The position numbers and the translations under genes are program-made. A stretch of 32,000 bases of DNA from Candidatus Lokiarchaeum ossiferum (GTDB lineage: Archaea > Asgardarchaeota > Lokiarchaeia > Sigyniarchaeales > Promethearchaeaceae), in the NCBI GenBank assembly GCA_025839675.1, contig CP104013.1, forward strand, positions 4,080,001 through 4,112,000. Reading direction: 5' to 3'. How positions within the stretch are numbered: the stretch's first letter is position 1; each line of letters opens with the position of its first letter. Below the pieces are notes generated by a model. It was given only the letters and a program-made list of their open reading frames with translations, made no database searches and had not been told where the DNA came from. Below are positions 1-7,260 of the stretch, piece after piece.

Positions 1-1
1 A

Positions 2-943
2 GTCATGAATATTTCAATGGCCGTTGGTGGCTGGCAAATGCTGTTTGCAAAGCCTCCACCCACCGAAGAATTATTGAAGGAAATTCATGAATTACCCGAT
101 TATAATGGCTATATATATTGTGCTGCCGAAATTTTATTCCAAAGGATTGCTGAAATCGATCATGCGGTATTAGAAAAATATCCTTTGAAAGGTCATTTGA
201 AATTATGCATTAGTGGAGCTGGACCGCTTCATGAATATGTGCGGATTCCTTATGAAAAGAATACTGGTGCAAAAATTACTGAAGGATATGGACTTTCTGA
301 GTGTTCACCTGTTGCAAGCTGTAATAATTTTTATGGCGAACGTGAACCTGGATATATTGGTGTTCCAGCACCTGGTACTGATTGGGCTATTTTTGATGCG
401 GAAGATTTTTCAAAAGGGATTATCAATGGCCTCGGAGAAGAAGCTGGTACTGGAGAAATTTGCGTTGCCGGTCCTCAAGTTATGAAAGGTTATTGGCAAA
501 ATCCTGAACGAACCAAAGAAACGATTAAAGAATACGATGGTCGCAAATGGCTATTAACTGGTGATATTGGTTTTATGGATGAGTACGGCCGAATTGCGAT
601 TCGAGATCGAAAGAAGCAATTGATTAAAATGGCAGGTCATTCCGTATTTCCAAAGGAAGTGGAATCATTAATTGGTTCTCACGAAAAAGTTCTCGAGGTT
701 GCGGTCGCTGGATTACCTGATCCTAAAACGGGTGAAGCAGTAAAAGCTTGGGTTGCTTTGAAACCAGAATTTAGAGGTACAATTACTGGAGAAGAAATTA
801 AAGCTTGGACTGAAGAGAATATGACACGCTGGAAATGTCCAAAATATGTGGAAATTATTGATGAAGTTCCAAAATCAAACGTTGGAAAAATTATGCGTCG
901 AACTTTGCAAGAAGCAGACCCGATGTTCAAGAAAAGTGAATAA
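2..943 (+). CDS. Acyl-CoA synthetase / AMP-dependent ligase (ANL superfamily), C-terminal ~310 aa; 5' end lies outside the window
   Basis: The ORF is open to the window edge. ANL motifs are present: 'TEGYGLSE' (YGxTE core), 'LLTGDIG', 'GRIAIRDRKKQLIKMAGHSVFPKEVE' (hinge/A8) and 'PKSNVGKIMRR' (A10 Lys). Confidence 0.85.
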   Translation, partial: VMNISMAVGGWQMLFAKPPPTEELLKEIHELPDYNGYIYCAAEILFQRIAEIDHAVLEKYPLKGHLKLCISGAGPLHEYVRIPYEKNTGAKITEGYGLSECSPVASCNNFYGEREPGYIGVPAPGTDWAIFDAEDFSKGIINGLGEEAGTGEICVAGPQVMKGYWQNPERTKETIKEYDGRKWLLTGDIGFMDEYGRIAIRDRKKQLIKMAGHSVFPKEVESLIGSHEKVLEVAVAGLPDPKTGEAVKAWVALKPEFRGTITGEEIKAWTEENMTRWKCPKYVEIIDEVPKSNVGKIMRRTLQEADPMFKKSE

Positions 944-948
944 AACAA

Positions 949-966
949 TTTTTTCAATTTTTTTTT
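949..966 (+). terminator. Oligo-T tract (T6 then T9) just after the stop at 941-943; archaeal-type terminator candidate between convergent genes
   Basis: 'ttttttcaattttttttt' is read directly, 6 nt after the TAA. Confidence 0.4.
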
Positions 967-987
967 AAAATAATCATTTTATACTTG

Positions 988-2817
988 TTATGTTTCTTCT
1001 TCCTTATCCTTGCTTTCCAATTTACTTGTTGATTTGATTTCAATTCGTATAATCTTCATTCTAATTTTGGAATAAATATTTTTGAGCTCAAAATCGAAGG
1101 AGTAATAATCAATGAGACTTTCAAACCAACTACGATAAGTTTCAATTAGGTATAGGTGATTTTTACTTAATATCTGGAAAAAATGTGCCATTAAGTACTG
1201 TACTTGATGATTCTCATAGGGTTGAGTTAAAACTGATTCAAAATGTTGGAATAAAAAATCGACGATCTCAGTTCCTTGATGAATTAGAAGTACCTCATTT
1301 AGAGTTTGTAAAAAGAATATACCCAATTCATGAATTTCTTTGGAATTCGATTTTAAACATTGTTCCATTTTACCTTTGATATATTCTAATAATTGCGGAT
1401 TCTTTTTTACAACTGTAAAAATGATGTATCGGGTGTGTTCTTGAATCTCTGGATTTTCTTGATCTAAAGTACTGACTAAATATCCAAACCTTACTGCTTC
1501 ATTGAAATAATTAAAGGAATTGTGAAGAAAATATAACATTTTTAGAGATTTTTTGATTGTAAGGGAAGCTCCGTAGCTTAAATGAGTTAAAAAATCCATG
1601 AAATATGTATCTGCTAAAGCAATGTTGTTGGATCTGATAATCATTTCAAAAACAAGCTCATAGATAATTGCTGGAAATCTTGGGCACTGATCTTGATGGA
1701 GCCACGTGGAGACCAAGGGATAATCCTTGAGAGTTTCAGGATTTTTTTGTATATAAACGGAAATAATATTCAAAATATGTTCTATATACCGCTCCTTACC
1801 ACTAGGGGATCCTGAAATTAAGATCTGGGCTAATTTAGTGAGTAATTCTCGAGCAATTTTGTCACAAGGTTGTTGGAAGTCTGATGGAAGATTTTCTCCA
1901 TAGAGAAGATTATGAATCCAGTCTAAAATAATATCTAACTGGTATTCCAAGAGTGTTTTAGGTATTGGTGCTAAGTTAGGATCATTCTGCTCTTTTTCTC
2001 GCTTCAAAGCAAATAACTCATAAAACGTCAACCACATCTGGATGTCGTCCCAAAATTGATTGATCAAGTCAGGGTATTTCTCTATTAGTTCCACCCAAAG
2101 AAAAAAGTAACACTGAAATCCGGGTGGAAGCTGAGACTGAGAGATCCCTTGAGATTGATTTGCTGCGTCTTTACTTTTATGCTTGGATTTTCGCTTTTTC
2201 TTAGATTTTTTAGGAGATTTTCCATCAAAGTGTTCAAAGGGTGTAATTTTCAAATAATCGACTTGGTTGGTTAAAATTTGATTGATTTTACGGAAATATT
2301 TCTTATGCCATTCTGGTTTGATTTTAAAAGTGATTTCACAGACATGTTTTCCAAATTTATGTCGTTTTTCATTGGAATTATCCAATTCATCAAATATGGT
2401 TTCTGAATGTTGCATAAAATAATCTAAATTCTCATCAACAAATTGATACACAAACTTATAACAAATTTTTTGAACTTCAGGATAAGGATTTAATCTCCCT
2501 TCCCAAATCTCATTCCAAAAGAAGGCAATATATTGTGAATTTTGGAGCACATTTGTTTGAATTTCCCGATAAAACGCTAGCGTGGCTTCCTTGTCATTCT
2601 TCTCCGATTTGGTTGCAAATTTAACAAAAATTTTATACCAATGAGCATAAGTTTTTTCATTCCACCCCAGTTGTTCCGTGGTAATTCCTAAATGCCCTCC
2701 AATTTTGGGAAGAATTTTTGGTTTAGATTTGAATAAATTCGTTAGTGACTTCAAAATAGGCTTCTTTTCTTTCTTAAGTTTTTGAGAAGCCTTATTTTCA
2801 TCGGAAGTCTGAGCCAT
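988..2817 (-). CDS. Hypothetical 609-aa protein, probably all-alpha (ARM/HEAT-like solenoid), with an internal polybasic insert
   Basis: Long uninterrupted ORF with helix-like amphipathic periodicity throughout. No catalytic motif recognised. Polybasic run 'GKSPKKSKKKRKSKHKSKD' at aa 200-216 (about 2170-2220). Lys-rich N and C termini. Confidence 0.75.
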   Translation of the reverse strand: MAQTSDENKASQKLKKEKKPILKSLTNLFKSKPKILPKIGGHLGITTEQLGWNEKTYAHWYKIFVKFATKSEKNDKEATLAFYREIQTNVLQNSQYIAFFWNEIWEGRLNPYPEVQKICYKFVYQFVDENLDYFMQHSETIFDELDNSNEKRHKFGKHVCEITFKIKPEWHKKYFRKINQILTNQVDYLKITPFEHFDGKSPKKSKKKRKSKHKSKDAANQSQGISQSQLPPGFQCYFFLWVELIEKYPDLINQFWDDIQMWLTFYELFALKREKEQNDPNLAPIPKTLLEYQLDIILDWIHNLLYGENLPSDFQQPCDKIARELLTKLAQILISGSPSGKERYIEHILNIISVYIQKNPETLKDYPLVSTWLHQDQCPRFPAIIYELVFEMIIRSNNIALADTYFMDFLTHLSYGASLTIKKSLKMLYFLHNSFNYFNEAVRFGYLVSTLDQENPEIQEHTRYIIFTVVKKNPQLLEYIKGKMEQCLKSNSKEIHELGIFFLQTLNEVLLIHQGTEIVDFLFQHFESVLTQPYENHQVQYLMAHFFQILSKNHLYLIETYRSWFESLIDYYSFDFELKNIYSKIRMKIIRIEIKSTSKLESKDKEEET

Positions 2818-3013
2818 AGTTCGTCATTGAACTAAACAATTTTCCAAAGTTGAACTTAACCTCTTAGAAAGATTCTTGAAAAAATTCATTCAGAAAAAAA
2901 ATAAATCATGGGAAAAAAGATCTCAACTTGTTAACCTCGAGATCAGTTGAAAAAAAGTGAATTTTAGGTTAAAGTTGCAATTTTCAGAGAAAATTTGATA
3001 ATTTGGGTGTTTT

Positions 3014-3021
3014 TTTAAATT
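3014..3021 (+). promoter_or_regulatory. TATA-box-like element 'TTTAAATT' about 26 nt upstream of the ATG at 3047 (leaderless-type promoter candidate)
   Basis: Read directly. The spacing fits the archaeal TATA-to-TSS distance. No SD-like motif lies before the ATG. Confidence 0.35.
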
Positions 3022-3046
3022 AGTTTTCATATATTAGCATAAGAAA

Positions 3047-3793
3047 ATGCTAAAAAAAATGGATTGCTACGATTTCATGAAATCTATCGAAGATGAAAAA
3101 TATGATTTAATCTTAGCAGATCCCCCCTATAATAATTGTGTAGAAAATGAATGGGATAATCAATGGCAAAACGATGATGAATATTTAAAATGGTTAGAAA
3201 TCAGAATAATAGAGTTTGCAAGATTACTCAAACCCTCAGGAAATTTAATTTTGTATTGTAAAAGGCAGTTTCATCATCATATCAAACTGATTTTGGATAA
3301 ATATTTAACAGAACAAAGATCGATCATTTGGGTTAGGCGGAGAATGATGGATATGACTCGTGGTAAAACCCTTGCAAGCGGATATGAGCCAATTCTGTGG
3401 TATAGTAAATCTGATTCATATTTTTATAATTCTGAGAACGCTAAAGTTCCTCCTCAAAAACATTTAAGCCATCGGAGTGAGTATAAAAAAGGTGGTAGGT
3501 TAGAGAAAGGTGTAGGGTTGACTGATGCATGGGTTGATATCTCTGCGTTACCTCATAATTCTAAAGAAAAAACAATTCATCCTACTCAAAAACCCTTAAA
3601 AATTTGTAATCGAATTGTTAAAATATTTTCACCAGAGCAAGGGTGTGTTTTTATCCCATTTGGGGGTAGTGGAAGTGAAATACTTGCATGCATCAACTAT
3701 AATTTAGATTGGAATGCTACTGAGATAAATGATGACTATTATTACCTAATAAAATCACGAATTGAAGATGCACTCAAAAATATTACCAAATAG
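3047..3793 (+). CDS. DNA methyltransferase, beta-class N6-adenine (or N4-cytosine) type (N4/N6 MTase family)
   Basis: Motif IV 'LILADPPYNN' sits near the N-terminus. 'IHPTQKPLKICNRIV' and motif I 'FIPFGGSGSE' sit near the C-terminus. The IV-to-I order defines the beta class. Confidence 0.85.
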   Translation: MLKKMDCYDFMKSIEDEKYDLILADPPYNNCVENEWDNQWQNDDEYLKWLEIRIIEFARLLKPSGNLILYCKRQFHHHIKLILDKYLTEQRSIIWVRRRMMDMTRGKTLASGYEPILWYSKSDSYFYNSENAKVPPQKHLSHRSEYKKGGRLEKGVGLTDAWVDISALPHNSKEKTIHPTQKPLKICNRIVKIFSPEQGCVFIPFGGSGSEILACINYNLDWNATEINDDYYYLIKSRIEDALKNITK

Positions 3794-3864
3794 ATTAAAA
3801 TTGGGGCTAAATACATAAAATACATGAAAAAAAGAGAGAGTAATTTGGTCGGGATAGATATTAA

Positions 3865-5283
3865 TTATTCGGATTTGTACCCTAACTTGGCAAGGTATTC
3901 TTTTTCTTTTTCATGATGGATTTTTGAAAGTTTTTCTTTTTGTTCTTTCCATTTTGGTCCAGCTAAAGGATAGAGAAACATAATCAAAAAGGAGATAAAG
4001 AGAAGAATTCCGGGCACTAACATCCATCCTAATAAAATTCCTGTCTCTGCAGAACCAGTCTGTAATCCTTTATCTAAGGTTGTATCATATCCATAGTAAG
4101 CTATTACCCAAAGGAAAATCGAATTCGCGAAACTAAATGCTGGTTTAGTCACCAAAGAGTTCACTCCAGCATACACTCCTTCTCGTCGTAAACCAGTTTG
4201 AATCTCATCATAATCAATTACATCTCCAAATTGAATCTGAATTAGATAAAAACCGGCGGCGACACCTAATCCTATCAAAAAGAAGGCGATTGTTGCAAAA
4301 ATTTGATTTTTTCCTAAGAATGAAAGAGTAATTGCACCGACAGATATTCCCAACAAGCATCCTTGCATTAATTTTTTCACACCCCAAGTTTCATGTCGAG
4401 TCACTAATATAATTAGAGTACCAATCGTGCTAATCAACATCGCTACAATTAATGGAATAACGTTGACATTAGTTACTTCTTCCATGTAATAACCAAGACC
4501 CATGAACAAAGCCGATTGGACATAAATTACGGTAAAAGAGAGTACTTCAAAGATCAGAAAGGATTTATTTTTAAAACTGGAGAGCAAGGCTTTGAAAAAT
4601 GGAGGTTGCTCTTCTTCTTGAGTATAGTGGTTTTCTTTAACAATATAGCTACTCGCAAAGACAATCAGACCAACAATAACTGCGAGTATTATTTGAAAAG
4701 TGACAAATGGAGTCGTATCATCATTAGCTCCCGGACGAAATCCGAGCACCACTAATGGAAATGCCATTCCAATCACTGAAAAGAGTACTTTCCAAATAAA
4801 AATCGAACCTCGAGCTTTATTAGATACCGCCATTTCAAATGGAAGAACATAAAGGGCAGAAGCAACTGCAGTATAGAATGTATCATAGAAGAATAGGGCA
4901 ATTAAGAAATGAATGAAGAGTATTGTCTGATTGTCTGTTACCGGCCAATTTATCCAGCATGCTATATATGAAATTGTAATTAAGGGTGCTCCATATCTAA
5001 CATATGGAATTCTACGTCCCAATTTGCTTTTAGTTCGATCAGTAATGTATCCATAAATTGGATCGTTGACTGCATTCCAAATACCAAAAAGGATCCATAC
5101 GATTCCAGCATTTGTTAAGCTTAAACCTCGATTAGTTGTAAAATAGTAGGACAAGGTTGCGCTGATGATCCCCATTATGATCCCCACGCCACCATCTGCC
5201 GCAGTAACTGCTATTCTAGATAATATGGGGACATTTTCTTCCTGAATTGGTTGTCCTCCTTGTGTTGATGTTGTTGATTGCAT
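3865..5283 (-). CDS. MFS transporter, glycoside-pentoside-hexuronide (GPH):cation symporter family
   Basis: About 12 hydrophobic segments. GPH/MFS loop signature 'DPIYGYITDRTKSKLGRRIPY'. Confidence 0.8.
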   Translation of the reverse strand: MQSTTSTQGGQPIQEENVPILSRIAVTAADGGVGIIMGIISATLSYYFTTNRGLSLTNAGIVWILFGIWNAVNDPIYGYITDRTKSKLGRRIPYVRYGAPLITISYIACWINWPVTDNQTILFIHFLIALFFYDTFYTAVASALYVLPFEMAVSNKARGSIFIWKVLFSVIGMAFPLVVLGFRPGANDDTTPFVTFQIILAVIVGLIVFASSYIVKENHYTQEEEQPPFFKALLSSFKNKSFLIFEVLSFTVIYVQSALFMGLGYYMEEVTNVNVIPLIVAMLISTIGTLIILVTRHETWGVKKLMQGCLLGISVGAITLSFLGKNQIFATIAFFLIGLGVAAGFYLIQIQFGDVIDYDEIQTGLRREGVYAGVNSLVTKPAFSFANSIFLWVIAYYGYDTTLDKGLQTGSAETGILLGWMLVPGILLFISFLIMFLYPLAGPKWKEQKEKLSKIHHEKEKEYLAKLGYKSE

Positions 5284-5510
5284 TTTATTTTCTCCGGGTG
5301 ATTTTTTTAAAAAATAAATTTGTAAAACAAAATTAACAAATTTCTTTAGTTTTTTTAAAATAATGTTTTACAAATATATAAAGATTTCTTCTTTCTTTTA
5401 CGAAACGTTTTACAATCACAAAAATAAGTTGATTTTTTTGGATATATATAATTGCCTCAACAATTGATTTATTAATTTAGAAATGAAATATTGAAACGTG
5501 AAATGTAAAA

Positions 5511-7211
5511 ATGAATGTCGCAAGATTGAAAAAAACCTTATTACTTATGTTAATCTTTAACTCTCTCAATATTTTGGGTGCTATTACTACAAATAACCAC
5601 AAAGATGAAATTCTTTTTCCAAATCAACCTCAATCTGCCGATTTCTATACTCTAAATATCGGAGCGTGGATTATTGTTGCGGGCGATCGAGAATCAGATC
5701 ACGATTTATATTACTGTCTTGAACAAGGCTGCATAGATGTTTATAATAAATTAATTAATTTAGGGTACTCCCATGACGATATATACTTCCTAGCAGGAAA
5801 TTGGGATGGTTCACTCCCACCCAATGCTGATGATGTTTCTACTCGAATTAATATTGAGTATGCAGTGATCAATTGGGCATCTTTGAAAGTAAATGAAAAC
5901 AAAGGTCTTGGGATCTATCTTTTAAGTCATGGGGGATACAATAAAATGGCTCTTCCAGGAGCTGATTTGTCAGATACTCAATTGGATTCTTATCTGAGTA
6001 GTCTTGAATGGATTTCAGATATGGAAAGATCTGTGGTTATTTATGATGCATGTCATTCTGGATCGTTCATAGATCCTTTAAGTAAGGAAGGGCGGATAAT
6101 TATAACTTCAACTGATATTGATAATAGAGCCTTTGAAAATTCCGATGATTCTCATGGATTATTCTCAGAACATTTTTGGACAGCCCTTTCAAATGGAGAC
6201 CTGTTAGGGAATTGCTTTGTGTACGCCACTGATTGCGTAGATTTATTGGGTATCAATTCGGAACAAACACCCTTGATTGATGATAACTGTGATGAAATTG
6301 GCCATGAAGTGAATTCGTATTTCCATAGTTTACCAAACGGAGGGGATGGCTGGGATGCTTTACAAATTACACTTGGAAAAACAAATTTGCATCCAGAATT
6401 CGTGGTTCTTGATAAATGTAGTCTTCGAACATACATCCCTGAAGGTATGGAAGAATTGCATCTTTGGACAATACTTGATAACAATACTGAAATAGAGTTT
6501 GTAAAAGCTCGTATTTTTCCAGAGTGGTGGGAGTGGCCCACACCTCATGTCGATGATGACGGAATTGCCTACTTTACTGAAAGTGATTTTCCTAGTTTGG
6601 AATCTTTCGATCTCACCCTTAAACCTGAACCTGGAATAAACGGCGGAAAAAATTATTCAACGTCAATCTATATTCCAAAAAATCCCAGTATTTTTGGACA
6701 AGGAAATGGAACCTACAAAATCTTATATGAAGCCAAATCTAAAAGTGGTCAAGTCGCAAAACCATTAGTCTCCTCAGTTGTTATAAACGAAAATGGTGAA
6801 GCTCCCTTGGATTTAATCCCTCCTACCGTCAAAATTCTAAATCCTCTCTCTGATCTTGCAATTCAAGGTTTACTTAATATTACTGTAGAAGGAGAAGATG
6901 ATCAAGCTTTAGATCAAATTCAAATTGTATTGGATGGAAAAATCTTGGAGACTTTTGAAATGCCTTCCTACTTACCGTATCCAGTGGAAACTCACAGCTT
7001 GGATACTTTCAAAATGAAAGATGGGATCCATAATTTAACTGCAATTGCGTATGATTTGGCGGGGAATAGACAGCAATCCTCCGTATTCATCAACTTTCAG
7101 AATGGATCAATTTTAAATTTTGATTACATGCCTTATCTTATTGGGGCGGCAGTAGGAATTGGAGTTTTCATGTTTGGAACATTACTCATTTGGACAAAGA
7201 AGAAAAAATAA
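5511..7211 (+). CDS. Surface-anchored clan CD cysteine peptidase (legumain/GPI8-like, C13-type) with a C-terminal Ig-like (Big_7-like) domain, TM anchor and KKKK tail
   Basis: N-terminal signal-like 'LLLMLIFNSLNILGA'. 'LLSHGG' (His140, 5928-5930) and 'YDACHSGS' (Cys181, 6051-6053) form the His-Gly-spacer-Ala-Cys pattern with 41-residue spacing. 'PPTVKILNP...DGIHNLTAIAYDLAGN' is an Ig-like module. C-terminal 'LIGAAVGIGVFMFGTLLIWTKKKK'. Confidence 0.7.
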   Translation: MNVARLKKTLLLMLIFNSLNILGAITTNNHKDEILFPNQPQSADFYTLNIGAWIIVAGDRESDHDLYYCLEQGCIDVYNKLINLGYSHDDIYFLAGNWDGSLPPNADDVSTRINIEYAVINWASLKVNENKGLGIYLLSHGGYNKMALPGADLSDTQLDSYLSSLEWISDMERSVVIYDACHSGSFIDPLSKEGRIIITSTDIDNRAFENSDDSHGLFSEHFWTALSNGDLLGNCFVYATDCVDLLGINSEQTPLIDDNCDEIGHEVNSYFHSLPNGGDGWDALQITLGKTNLHPEFVVLDKCSLRTYIPEGMEELHLWTILDNNTEIEFVKARIFPEWWEWPTPHVDDDGIAYFTESDFPSLESFDLTLKPEPGINGGKNYSTSIYIPKNPSIFGQGNGTYKILYEAKSKSGQVAKPLVSSVVINENGEAPLDLIPPTVKILNPLSDLAIQGLLNITVEGEDDQALDQIQIVLDGKILETFEMPSYLPYPVETHSLDTFKMKDGIHNLTAIAYDLAGNRQQSSVFINFQNGSILNFDYMPYLIGAAVGIGVFMFGTLLIWTKKKK

Positions 7212-7240
7212 AGTTGAAAGGTTCTATTGGCTCTAAAGGG

Positions 7241-7249
7241 TTTTTTTTT
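7241..7249 (+). terminator. T9 tract 30 nt after the stop of the peptidase gene, between convergent genes
   Basis: 'gggttttttttta' read directly. Confidence 0.4.
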
Positions 7250-7260
7250 AAGCAAATTAA

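Noticed and set aside
988-2817. The 609-aa ORF as the restriction endonuclease partner of the adjacent DPPY methyltransferase.
   Set aside because: I found no PD-(D/E)xK, HNH, GIY-YIG or PLD motif with proper spacing. The sequence looks like a helical repeat scaffold. Divergent orientation alone is not diagnostic. A structure search could still overturn this.
2919-2944. Inverted repeat GATCTC-(14 nt)-GAGATC in the methyltransferase upstream region, as a regulatory hairpin or operator.
   Set aside because: The stem is only 6 bp with a long loop and cannot be extended. That is expected by chance in a 230-bp A/T-rich spacer.
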